Shown one piece after another: positions 42,790 through 55,885 of a stretch of 64,000 bases of DNA. Source of the DNA: Eledone cirrhosa. Taxonomy: Eukaryota. Made by a program: the position numbers and the translations under genes. The stretch spans positions 69,130,001 through 69,194,000 of the forward strand of contig OZ024740.1 in NCBI GenBank assembly GCA_964016885.1, given 5' to 3'. A model generated the notes under the pieces. That model ran no database searches. It saw nothing but the letters and a program-made list of their open reading frames with translations, and was not told where the DNA came from. How positions within the stretch are numbered: the first letter of the stretch is position 1; every line of letters starts with the position of its first letter.

Positions 42790-45700
42790 TGAGATGTGGA
42801 GTTTCACTGATCGCCGGGTCCGTTTGCCAGAGGATTGTGAGCGCCTGAGCACATTCGATGTGCCAATCGCCCATTTTCCTCGGTCTTTGCTTGACCCAGG
42901 ATTGCAGCTCTGTCAGCGAGACGAGTCGTGGGAAGGCTCGCCTCACGAACGGGGCCCACACCGGTTGTCTGGTGAGGAATACGTGGAGGTGCCGCAGCCT
43001 GAGCGCGTTTTTGCGCATCGTCAGCCACGTGATCCCCAGCCCTCCTTTGGAAGGGTGTTCGCAGCAGATGGATCTTCTCAACAAAGGAGCCCGTTTCTTC
43101 CAAAGGAATTGGAAGAGCGCGCGCTCCAATTTGGTGAATGTTTTGGCTGGACTAGGCACGACGGTCAAGCGGTAGTAGATGACGGACGCTGTAAAAGTGT
43201 TCGCCACATCCGCTCGACCTTTCAAGGATAGTTTGCTCTTGGCCCAATTCTGAGTGAGCGCATACACCTTGGCCGTCACCTCGTTCCAGTTCTTCTCCAC
43301 CTGGAGGTCCGGACCAAACCAGACCCCGAGCAGCTTTGCCGGTCCTTTTGTCCAGCATCCGACGACGCCATCGGAAGGAATCGGTTTTCCTCTCCACGTT
43401 TCGAGTTGCAAACCGACGGATATGTCCCGGTTCAGCTTCGCTCCTGTGAAGCTTTCGTATTCCTCCAGTAAGGTGCCGATCTCGCCGATTTGCGAGGTGC
43501 CCGACTACATTACTGTCTCGTCGTCGGCGTAGGCCGGCGCCGCTCTTCGCGGTCCCGGTTCCAAAGTAGTGGCTCGAAAGTCAGTACGTACAGAAGGGAG
43601 GAGAGAGGGCATCCCTGTCGGATGAATCGCGTGATATGGAACGGTTCCGAGAGGTAGCCGTTCACCTTGACCCTTGAGCAGATGTTGCTGCTGTGCATTA
43701 CATCAATCCAACCCCTGAACACGGGTCCGAAGCCTGCCGCCTCGAGCACCGTATCTAGGTAACGATGGTCAACCCTATCGAAAGCCTTAGACTGATCCAA
43801 GTTGATCAGGGCTCCACCGAAGCCGGGTTTACACCCTACCCTATCTATGATGTATCGCATGAGGTGGAGGTTGTGTATGGACCTGGTCGGGATTGCGTGT
43901 CTGTGCTTCTCCCACCAGGTTTTCGACGACAAGCGCCAGCCTCTTTGCCAACACCTTGGCCAAAATCTGTAACTCTGTATTGAGCAGAGTTATGGCCGGA
44001 AGTTGCTTATGTCATCCCCTTATTCTCGTCCTTCCTGACTAACGTGATTACGCCCTTTGTCACAGAACTAGGAATTCTCCCGTTCTGCTGCCAGTTGCAG
44101 TAGACCGCTTCCAGGAGAGCGGAGAACAAATCCAGCATTGTTACGTAAAATTCGTAGGGTAGACCGTCGAGACCTAGAGATTTGCGTTTGCCGCATTGGC
44201 TCAGCGCGTCCCCTATCTCAGCAGCCGAAATCGGCTTTCGCAGAACTTCGTCTCGCTGTCCTAGAGTCGCGGTGGGCCGTCGAGGTATGGACCGAAATCC
44301 ATAGCCCATCCAGGCGCGCCGCCCTGCCCGAACAGTTGAGCAAATTGCCGCTGATAGGCCGCGCACATTTGCTCCCGCTCATGTATCACGCGTCTTGGTC
44401 CTTGAAAGACCGAATCGTGGACTTGTTGCCACTTATCGCCTCCATCACTAGGTCCCAGCTAACAGACTTTTCGGTCTTATTTCTATCTAACATTAATTAT
44501 TTACTAAAACCTATCGAGTCTAATCTAACTGCCCTCTTGAGAGAGTACCACCATCTGTTGTTGACAATGGCCCCCGTCAAGTGCTGCTTAACTAAAGTGC
44601 TAATCTGTCTACTGTAGGCTTTGCATGTCGGTAACGACAAGTTCAGCTTCCAGTAGCCGGGTCCCTGTCTATGGATTCAATTCCAGTCCCCTACTAACAG
44701 TAGGTATCAGGACGTTCCCAGAAAAGTCTCTAGTCGTTTGAAGAAGTCTGGCCGCGGTGTACCAGATGGGGCATAAGCGGCCACCAGCCTGAAGGCTCCA
44801 GCTTCAATACCGTCAAAGTCTAGGTCCACCAGTCGACCCTCCGGGTCCAGATGTCGCGTCTGTGTTACGAGGTCCAGGTGTTTCCGCAGCAAAACGGCAA
44901 CCCCACCCCCACCACCCGGCTGACAGAGAGATACGTAGATCTCAAAGTCGTCGAAGATGGGGGCCAGTTGTCGCTCGTTGTGGATCCTCGACTCGCCAAT
45001 GGTACTGCATTCATACTGTGTGACCTGAGGTTGTTTAAGAGTTTGCCCTGTTTCCAGGGCTCCCTAGGCGGCGTACATTCACACATCCAACTCTTATATT
45101 GGCCATGTTGGTGCTGAAAAGTTAAAAGAAGAGGAAAAGAAATCAATAACCTCTTCATCTCTTAGGGTCCAGGCTGCACAATTTCCATGGGGGTGTTGGA
45201 GGGGTTGTTTGGTGGGGTGGTGGTCTCTGGAAGGGTGAGGACGTAGATGTTTGGTGGGGAGGGGGTGTCAGGTGGGGTGGGGGTGCTTGAGGTGAGAGTG
45301 TCTGGGATGGGAGTGGGTAAACATTTCAAAAGGAAGCGTTTATAGGGTTTGACGCAGGGGTTACATACGTCGTTAGGAATTTTTTACTTTTAACTGTTTA
45401 TGTGTGTCCATGGAGATCCTAATCATTTTAAGATTAGGATTCTCCGAAGAGTGTGTAAAAGTTTTCCCTTCGGTCTCCACCGAAGGGTTTTTATATATGG
45501 TTTTATTGTTAGTATTTCTGTAGGTGTAACATTTTTGTTGTGTTGTGTTGCTTTTTTCTGTGATTCTTGTGTGTGTTTACGTTTTGTAGTTGGTGTTTTG
45601 TTTTCAGGAGGGGGCGTTTTTGTTTGTGCTGTTTGCGTCGATTGTATTGGTGTTTGTGTGTTTGTTGCATTTTTGTTTGTGTTATGTCTTTTCTTTTTAC

Positions 45701-47100
45701 TTTTTACTGGTCGGAAAGGCTCTCCCTCATTGTCACTGGGTGACGATGATAAGGCCTCATCCGTGTTGGGGAGGGGTTCATTTTGGGGAGCTGTTATGTG
45801 TGTGGGTGTTTCTGGAGTTGTTTTATGTGAGGAGGGGTTGGGTGGGACTGTGTTTGCAGTTTGGTTTGTTTTTGTGTGTTGTTGTTATTGTTGTGGTGGT
45901 TGTGGTGGTGGTGGTTGTGTTGTTGTGTTGGGTGTCGGCAGTAGGGCCCTTTTTAATGCAGTTAATTGAGGACAGGAATCCCTCAGGTGACCACTGCTTA
46001 AACAGTGGTAACATGAAGGCCGCCTACCCTCAACAGAAATGTTTATGTAGGAATTTCCATCCAGGACACACGTTGTGGGATTCTAGCTATCCGTTCTGGT
46101 CTCATTTGGACCAGAACTTCTAAGCTTGTACCGTTGAATATGCCCTTGGAGGACATTCCTACCGAAATTACTGTATCTTCATCAACATTGATGAAACCAG
46201 CTCATATCCACCAGATGTTTACATTTGGTGTGATATTTGTTACTTTTATTTTTTTGGTTTTTTTTCCCATATATGTGGGGAAAATGTTGTAGAGGGGGGA
46301 CACAATTGGCGACACAGAATATTTCTGTGCCGTCAATTGGTCTTTCATTGTTATTGATAAACTCCCGAAGAGTTTTCCCTTCTGTATGAAGGTAATGTCC
46401 TTCATGGAGTTTCTTAGAACCAGCTCGATTTCGTTTTGAGTTAATTGAGCTGGTTTTCTGGTGGTATTTGAGATCGTCCTAAAAACTATGGTTTTCAGGA
46501 CAGTGTCTCTACGCAATTCTTGGGGAGAAGTGATGCTAAAAGCGCCATTCTCCACAAAAGTTATATATTGCTTGACATCTTAGCAATTCTCCAGCATTAG
46601 AGATCTGTGTATATAGTTCTGTCTTTTGGACAGTTTGTGAAAACGAAACCTTTTTTTCCTTGTTTGTGGTGTTGTCCTTGTCATTATTGTTGCTGCTGTT
46701 GGTGTTGTTGTCATCGTTGTTGCTGTTGTTGTTGTTGTTGTCATTGTTGTCGTTGTTGTTGTTGTTGTTTTTGTAGTTCTCAATTGCTTGATCTGTGGTT
46801 GCGGAATTCATTTGTGAAGTTGTGTTTTCGTTCATAGCATTGTTGTTATTGTTGCTGCTGGTGCCGCTGGTTGTGTTCGTTTGGTTTGTTGCCATGGCAA
46901 GGTCAAGTTGTCGGTCAGCAGGTGGAGAAAATCCTTCCTCTGGCTGATCTTTGTCTTTGACATCTGCTACTATGACAGTGGCAGGGGGAAGCTGTAAGCA
47001 TATCTTCCCCTTTCCTCCTTCGAATGTGGGTGAAGAAGCTTCAACCATTTTTTTTAAATGTTAGCTTTTCCGTAAAGAACTTTTTATGTACTATTTCGCC
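42790..47100 (-). mobile_element. Tx1/L1-clade non-LTR element, frameshifted and 3'-truncated
   Basis: ORF1 with CCHC knuckle CYHCLSSGHLRDSC (about 45970-46015). ORF2 from ATG 45106: MANIRVGCVNV, VAAYAPS, GPGYWKLN, LDQSKAFDRVDH, RQGCPLS, AYADD, LLGVWF, GGLG. Confidence 0.88.
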
Positions 47101-47299
47101 TAAAGGCATAGAATATTTTGAGAGACTGACCAGATCAAGATTTGACCTGGCACTCGCTCTACATATTGGTATAAAAATGATGGTTCACAGTTAGGAATTT
47201 CTATAGAAATTTAGGCAGAACTTACCCAGCAAGTTTCACGCATATATACACATGCATGCATACATACATACATAGATACATACATAAATACATACATAC

Positions 47300-47540
47300 A
47301 TACATGGTGGCTCCCAACTCGTTTTCGAGCACGGCCACTACTTTATTTCCATGTAGGAGAACCCCTACCGATGCGCTGAATGAGTGTGACTTTTTAGTCC
47401 AGCCAGCGACTTGAAATCTATGGTACAAACACTACACTTGTCACAATTATTGACACATAGTGCTGGGCTCTTGGTACCATGTGACCACAAGTGCAGAGAG
47501 ATCTCCAGATATAAAGCAATGCCTGTGTCGTGAAGCTTTT
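47300..47540 (-). mobile_element. RTE 3' fragment with a C2H2 finger and (ATGT)n tail
   Basis: CSVCTIDFKSLAGLKSHTHSAH*. Terminal TGGCCGTGCTCG..CGAG..GCCACC-(ATGT)n; a tiny related end lies at 47658-47697. Confidence 0.7.
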
Positions 47541-47737
47541 ATACATATATACATGCATACATACATACATACATACATACATACATACATACATACATAC
47601 ATACATACATACATACATACATACATACATACATACATACAGACTTATATACATACATGATGGCTGCCCCCTCGTTATCGAGAATGGCCATTGCACGAAA
47701 AGAAAAAAAAAATGAATAAATAAATAAAATAAAATAA

Positions 47738-47782
<45 letters not shown>

Positions 47783-47785
<3 letters not shown>

Positions 47786-47969
47786 TGTTTCTACTTTAGG
47801 CACAAGGCCAGCAATTACCCAGTGCATTACTGGTACTTTATTTTATCGATCTCGTAAGGATGAAAGGCAAAGTCAACCTCGGCGGGATTTGAACTCAGAT
47901 CGTAAAGGGACGTAACTATGCTGGAAAGCATGGCGTCCGACGCTCTACCGATACTGCCAATCCACCGCC
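47783..47969 (-). mobile_element. Full-length young SINE in an (AAT)n tract
   Basis: Close match to the consensus with A and B boxes. Confidence 0.9.
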
Positions 47970-47991
47970 TTAATAATAAAAATAAATAAAT

Positions 47992-48064
<73 letters not shown>

Positions 48065-48137
48065 CATACATATATACATACACACATACATACACATACA
48101 TACACATATACACACACACATACATTAATAATAATAA

Positions 48138-48168
<31 letters not shown>

Positions 48169-48251
48169 AATAGCAATAATAATAATAACGGCAACAACAA
48201 TAATAATATACATATACATATATATATACACACACAAGCACGCACATAAGC

Positions 48252-48287
<36 letters not shown>

Positions 48288-48289
<2 letters not shown>

Positions 48290-51200
48290 TAGCAACTAAC
48301 AGTGCTGCGATCGAATGTGGCTTTTTAGCCCAGCCAATGATCTAAAATGTCTTGCACAGAGTCGGCAACCAAAACATTCACTGGGAATAGTCGGCTGTGG
48401 TTGGAGTTCGTGTACTTTTGCATGTCGCTTGAGCCCTCCTGCTGATTTACATTCTCTACCACATGTTTGGCAAGCATGATGAGTAGCATCTCCAACAGCA
48501 GCCTGGTAGTCAACCACTGGTCTTACTTTATGACTGCGAAGATGACTTTCGAGTCCAGCTTTGCTTAGGCAGAGTCTCGCACAGACGCTGCATGTCAGCA
48601 CCATAGGAGGACCCTCGCCGTCTGGAAGTGCAACAGCAATGCCCTTCCTCACACCACGTTTTACTTTCTCGTGTGCGATTCGAGATGCCTCAAAGGCAAC
48701 TTTTCCCTCATATACAGTCTTCCTCCATTTATTACGATCAGCAGCAATATTTTCCCATGTATCAGCAGAGATGTTAGCGTTTTTCAGAGAGGCTTTCCAG
48801 GAATCCTTATACCTCTTTTTTGGTTTATGTGGCGCTCGTTTTCCTTTAACCAACTCTCCATAAAAGAGTTGTTTTGGTATTCTAGAATCCTTCATCCTGG
48901 CAAGGTGACCACTCCAACGGAGTCGTTGCTTAAGCACAAGAGCTTCTATACTGTCACACATAGAGCTTTCCAAAATCTCGACATCACTGATGTGGTCCCT
49001 CCAGTGAACGCCATGGATCCGTCTCAGACACATCTGATGGAAACGCTCCAATTGCTTAAGGTGGTGTCGATATGGGATCCAGGTCTCGCAGGCAGAAAGA
49101 AGACAAGAGAGTACACATGCCCTGTACACCCTTACCTTTGTCCTCCTGCATATGTCTCGCCGACCCCAGAGTCGCCTTTCTAGCTTTGCGAAAGCATCAC
49201 TTGCTTTCCTAATCCTAAGTGAGATTTCACTGTCAAGGTTGCCGTATCGATTGACACTGATCAACCACTCCAAGTCGTTTGCCATACACATAGATGTTTA
49301 GTTCAGTGTACTGCTTACTAGGGGCAGGTTGGTACATGACGATGGTTTTCTTGAGACTGACAGTCAAACCCAGGGCAGTGCAAGCGTCAGAAAATGCATT
49401 CAAAATGTGCTGCATATCACTCTCTGTGTGCGCTACAAGATCGCAATCATCTGCATACAAGAGGTCTCTTATGATTGATGTAAATACTTTTGTCTTCGCA
49501 GCAAAGCGCCTGATGTTAAATATGCTGCCTGAGGTTCGATATCGGATGTAAACACCATGCTCGCAATTCCTGAATGCAATACAGAAAACCATTGCAAAGT
49601 ATATGGCAAACAGGTCGGTGCTGGAATATCCCCCTGTTTCACTCAATTTTTTACTGAGATAGGCTCCGACATGTTACCTCCGACATTAACCCAAGCCTTC
49701 ATGTCGCCATGGAAAGACCTAACTAAAGCAAGGAACTTATCAGGGCAACCAAGTTTCTGGAGAACATTCCATAATGCATCTCTGTTGACAGTATCGAAAG
49801 CCTTTGTCAGATCGACAAAAACCTGATACAGATCCAAGCCTTGTTCAATGCACTTCTCCTGGAGCTGTCTAGCTGAGAAGATCATATCAGAAGTGCCGCG
49901 TCCAGCACGAAAACCAGATTGACTTTCAGGAAGAACACAATCTGCAATGTGTGTCAGCAGACGGTCCAGAAGCACCCTACATAAAACTTTCCCTACGACA
50001 GAAAGCAATCATATACCGCTGTAGTTCCCACAATCATTCCTGATACCCTTTCCCTTGTACAAGACCACCATTACTGCATCTCTCCAGTCCTCAGGTACTT
50101 ATTCATTAGCCCATATCCTTCCAAACAAAGAGTGAAGATGTTGCAGGAGTCTCTCACCACCATATTGTAGGAGCTCAGCATGTATGCCATCCATACTTGG
50201 AGATCTTCCACTGTTCTGCTTCGAAATAGCCACTGCAACCTCCACAAGCGTCGGAGGTTCTGCGAGAGCTACTTTCACAGGACTTTCTGGAATGAGATTG
50301 AGGAAATCTTCACTGACGACAGAAGGCTGATTCGAAAGATCATCAAAGTGCTCTCGCCACATTCGTAGAATTCCCTGTGAGTCACGAAGAAGTTCTTTGC
50401 CATCCTTGCTGCGAAGCGGTGTCACCAGAGAAGAAGACGGTCCATAAACCTCACGCAAGAGACTGTACAACAGCTTTGTGTTATTGGAATCAGACGCAGT
50501 TTGTATCTCACCAGCCTTCTCACTCCACCACTGATCCTTCATCTGAGAAAGACTCCGCCTAACACGTGATTTTACATCCCTGAGCTCCTCATGCAACGTA
50601 TTCCTCTACTGTGGTTTTGCCGTCAAGTAGCGTGACAGAGCACGCCTCCTATCAGCCAACAAGTCTTCTATATGTACATCTTTCTCATTAAACCAGTCCT
50701 GATGTTTTCTCTGCACCAATCCCAGAACACGCCTGCCTACATCATAAACCGACTCTTTAAGGGTCGGCCAATCCTGACCAAGATCTGCAGCCTGCATCAC
50801 TTCTTCCAATGTCCTCTTCACATTTTTATCCTTAAGACGAGCAGCATTCAATCTTTTGGGCAGGGTAACACCAGGAGCCCGGATTTTACGTTTGGTGATT
50901 AGTTTCACTTTTGCGCGTACCAGGCGGTGGTCTGTCCAGCACTCAGCTCCACGAAGAACACGAACACACTGCACATCATGTCTGTCACGCATCCTGACTA
51001 GGACGTAGTCCAAAAGATGCCATTCCTTAGATGTAGGATGCATCCATGTGGTCTTGAATTTGTTCTTTTGTTGGAACATGGTGTTGGTAACACACAGATC
51101 CAGCTCCTCACACATCTGCAGCAGGAGCATACCATTGCTGTTACACTTTCCCACCCCATGCCTTTCGATTACATTCCATGTATTAAAATCCCTACCCACT

Positions 51201-52190
51201 CTAGCATTAAAGTCACGAAGCACGATGACTTTGTCTGCCTGAGGGATATTTCTTAGAACACCTTTCAAGGCATGGTAAAAGGACAGTTTTTCTTCATCGA
51301 CAGAATTCATAGTTGGAGCATACACACTCACCAGGGTCGCATATCTTCCTTTGTCCTGCGGAATTCTCATGGACATAAGACGCTCACTAATCCCTACTGG
51401 GAATTCTTCTAATTTATTCACAAGAACAGTCGTAACAGCAAATCCTACCCCAGCCTCTCTTCTGGTTCCTTAATCTCTTCATTTCCAGAAGAATGTATAT
51501 TCTCCACAAAATTCTGTAAGATGACCATCTCCAGCTAACCTCGTCTCAGATAAAGCCACGATGTCAAGATCGTAACGTCGAAGCTCCTTTGCAACAAGAG
51601 CGGTCCTTCGTTCAGGATGCTCCAAGGAATCCCTGTCAAGCAGCGTCCGACGTTCCAGCAGCCAAGACTAAATGCCCTGTTTGGCTCTATTACAATGGCA
51701 CGATGACGAGCGGGCCCAGGCTGTGATAACTTGGGGCCCCTGCCCCTATTGCCAATGATCTTTTTTGTTCCAGAACCTAAATTGCCAATTATCTCTTTTA
51801 CATTGTTCTGGAACATCATTGAATTGGGAAAAAAAAAAAAAAAAAAAAAAAAAAGTAATAATAATATTAATAATAATAATAATAGTACACTATTAATAAT
51901 TATTAATGCACTCGTGCAAAGCCTGTGCGTGACGAATATGTTTAAAGTGAGGAAAGACTGTGCACTGAGCCAATCCCACTCTCTGAGCGACAGCAGCTAT
52001 AACCCGAAAAGAAGAAAAGATCAACATCATCGGTAACTACTGAGCCGCAGGTTTTATATCGGAGTTAACCCAGTTTCCTGAGATGCCTTCTCCTAGAAGA
52101 ATGCCCTGACAAGGGATAGGGGTTCTTCACTCCCAGTGGTTTAACTGCGCGTTCGGCCATCCAGCCCGATTATTTCTATGTCCCGCGCCA
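48288..52190 (-). mobile_element. Near full-length RTE LINE (APE, RT, three C2H2 fingers), frameshifted
   Basis: GCWNV, IVALSETRL, VYAPT, DFNARVG, TDHRLV, DLTKAFDTV, LLYADD and LRWSGH; RTE-type leader motif CTAGGAGAAGG...AAAACC near 52050-52110. Confidence 0.92.
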
Positions 52191-52509
52191 AAAAAAAAAA
52201 AACTCACTTATTGACACTTATACGTACGACATACACACACACGCATACATATGCGCGCACACAGCAACACTCATACATACAAACAAACACACACACACGC
52301 TACTCTACTCACTTACACGCACGCACACACACATATATATATATATATATTACCGTCATTACTGATACAAGATTACAAGATTATGTCAACTGTTGACTTT
52401 CAAGAGTGTGTATAGTTGAAGCCGATCGTATTACAGTCCAGTATTATTATAATTGCTTTACAGCATAGAGTTATGGCTCTCCACGCTCTGAGCTCAAATC
52501 ACGCCGGGT

Positions 52510-54835
52510 CAATACTGGAAACAGCTCTACAGACAATGTCGAATAGGAAATCACCAGGCCCAGACCTCATTACAGGATACTGGTTGAAGAATTTCACTTT
52601 CTATCGGCAAGATTTCATACGGCTGTTTACAGAAACCATTAAAGGCACACAAGAACTGCCCAGATGGTTATCAACTGCCACTACTCTCCTCATTCCCCAA
52701 AATAGCCAAACCACCTTTGCTAAAATTTACCGCCCAATAGCCTGTCAAAACATCATGTATAAATTATATACTGAGTGCCTTAACCTGTTCTTACAGGATC
52801 ACTGTGCTACCAACAACATCATAACACCTGAGCAAGCTGGTGGAAAGAGGGAGGTGTGGGGTTGCATAGATCACATACTAACTAATGAAATGATTCAAGA
52901 AAAAACAACAAAGAATCGCAGAAACATGACTGTGGTGTGGCTGGACTATCAAAAAGCATTTGATAGTGTAACTCATGGGTGGATTGTTAAGGCTTTACAG
53001 TTAGCCAAAGTCCCACAGCCACTGGTAGCTGCTGTTTTGCGTCTGACCAAGAACAGGTACACCAATTTGATCCCAAGTTAAGACTGATAAGATACATTAA
53101 CAGAAGGGCATGTTTTTTCAGAGTGATAGCTAGTCAGTGCTACTCTTCGTTCTCTAACTAAATCCACTATCTTACCTACTCAGGAGACAAGGTGGACAAA
53201 GAAGTGGGTCCAGAAGTATCTCCCATCTTTTCTTTGTTGGTGACCTGAAGTTGTATGGGCTAAATATCAATGACATCAAGAAACAATTGGACCTCATTAC
53301 ACAATTTTCAACAGACATCAAAGTGAAATTTGGTCTATCCAAGTGGGCATGTTTGGCAGTAAAACGTGGAAGAGCTGTGCCCTCCTCTAGAAATCTAGAG
53401 ATGAACGGCCTGACAATACAACCTCTACAGTCAGGTGACAACTACAGATATCTTGGACAGGATGAGAATGTCAGATATGATGGACCCATAAATAAGGAGA
53501 GAACCAGAACTGAATACCTCAGAAGAGTAAAGAAAATATGGTCATCAGAACTGTCAGCGTACAACAAATACATTGCCCACAATACTTATGTTGTGCCAAT
53601 TCTAACGCCAACATTTGGCCTGCTGAACTGATCATTGCAAGAACTAAGTGAGATGAATGTTAGAACTCGCAAACTTCTCAGTGTTACTGGGAACGTAAAC
53701 ATCAATGGTGATGTGGATAGGCTATACTTCTCACGGAAGGGTGGTGGCCGGGGTCTAAAATCCATATTAATATCATATGAAACCCGGATAGTAACACTGA
53801 AGCAACATCTTCAACAGAGGAAAAAGGTTGGCAACCATCTTGCTCAGGTTTATGTGCATGAAAAAAAAAATATCATTAGGATAGCGACTGATCTTGAGGA
53901 GAGATATGGAATAAAGCCTGATATAAATCTCTCGCCCAGAGAAATCTGAAGATCCTATTCAATGTTCAAACAAGATGAAAAAATTGACCAATTTACAGAA
54001 AAAGTTGTGCATGGATACTTGAGACGTTAAACACAGACCATAGAAGGGATAAACCACTCAAAAAGCCTGGCATGGAGTTCCGACAAGTTTATGACATCAC
54101 ACCTTGAGGGATATCTCTATGCAATACAGGAACATGAACTCCCTACCAAATATCTGCTGCACAAAAGAGGAGGGCCATCAGCTGACAATAAATGTAGGCT
54201 ATGTAAAACAAAGATCGAAGATGTAAGCCACATTGTTGCCAGCTGCGAAAGAATGTCATCTCGCTACTACCTATCCATGAGAGACGATGGGATAGCTAGA
54301 ACCATCTGGAACGCATTTCGGAAAAAAAAATTAACAACAAACGAGGAAGAATATATTGAGACAGATGGCACTAAGGAATACTGGTGGAACCTGAAAATAA
54401 AAACTGCCACCAAATTAAAGCACAACCGGTCAGATATTGTTGTTTGGGACCACACATTGAAAACGTGTTCTGTTGTGGAGATCAGCTGCCCACTTGATGT
54501 AGACGTTGTCAGAAAAATACTGGAGAAGGAGGACATCAACGGACCATTGATGAGGAGTTTACAAATCCAGTATCCAAGATACACCTTTAGCTTCATACAC
54601 ATCATTATTAGAGCTACGGGTTATACACCAACACGCTGGGACCAAAGTATGACTGAACTTGAATTTGCGGACAAAGAGCGCAGCTCCCTAATTCATAGTC
54701 TACAAATGGCTGCGATAGCTGGCACCTTCAAAATTTGCAAAACATTCTTGTGATTCAAGGGATGACAATTTCTTTTCTTTTAAAACCTTGGAAAGGTGGC
54801 CGGTCAAAAAATATACTCGAAATTAAGAGAAAGAG
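52510..54835 (+). mobile_element. R4-like RT-RLE element (family 2), 5'-truncated and disrupted
   Basis: KSPGPD, YRPIAC, WLDYQKAFDSV, YRYLG, CRLCKTKIEDVSHIVASC (CCHC) and HNRSDIVV...VEISCP (RLE). Confidence 0.9.
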
Positions 54836-55687
54836 ATAATATTAGGAAATTACAAGTACAATCCATTAATGGAACAGTAAAAATATGTAAAACATTCCAA
54901 ATATTTTGCATCTAATAATTGCATATACACATGTACAGATACAAAGCATATACACATGCACACATGCAACTCAAAACATCCACATACACACATACAAAAA
55001 CATCCATATCTACACATGCATGCATGCATACATAATCTACCTAGTTGATGTGTAAATTCCAATGAGAGAGTCTTGTGTCTATGTTAGAAACCGACTCTCC
55101 CTCTAATGGGAAAAAAATTTGTGAAATTATAAAACCAGACGAACATACATACATACATACATATATGTATGTGCCACTTTAAAATGTCCAGCTGGTTTGT
55201 AGTAGCATTCTGGACCTTCTTACCCTGTCTAAGCGATACAATTTACAATTGAATACACAAATATATATAAAATAAAATAAGAACCAACGAGTGAGCATTT
55301 AAACGTAATTTACATGCTAAAAATAGCAGCCTAATACGTCTCAAATCTCTAGGTGGCTTCGTAAACGTTAGAGTAGGTAGTTCTAATATCACTGTATCCA
55401 ACAAAATGACGGGATGCGAATGACTGAAAATCATTTAAGATTTATAGTCACATTTCCCTTTAATCACTTTTTGAGTCATTACAAAATGTATGCTGTCTAA
55501 AATTGCAATAGAAATGAATTATTAAATAAGATTCTCTCAATGAGATATCCTTCTCTTTTAACCCATTTGAAAAACTGTTGCAGAGCGAGAGGGATCGAAT
55601 CTGAACACGCAAATTTCACTTCTTAACTTCTGAGAAGTGACAGCACTGATCAGAATGAAGGTGGAGATTCATTCGAATATACTCTTC

Positions 55688-55797
55688 CTGTTGTTGTCGT
55701 TATTGCTTTGTTATTGCTGTTGCTGTTGTTGTTCTTGGTGTTGTTGTTGCAGTTATTTTTGTTGTTGTTGTTGTTCTTCTTCTTCTTCTTCTTCTTC

Positions 55798-55877
<80 letters not shown>

Positions 55878-55885
55878 GTTGTTAT
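55688..55885. repeat. Compound (GTT)(TTC)(TTA)n tract at the Dong 3' junction
   Basis: Direct reading. Confidence 0.95.

Noticed and set aside
52416-52510. N-terminus of ORF 52416-53081
   Set aside because: SINE fragment fused by chance in frame to a truncated R4-like RT.
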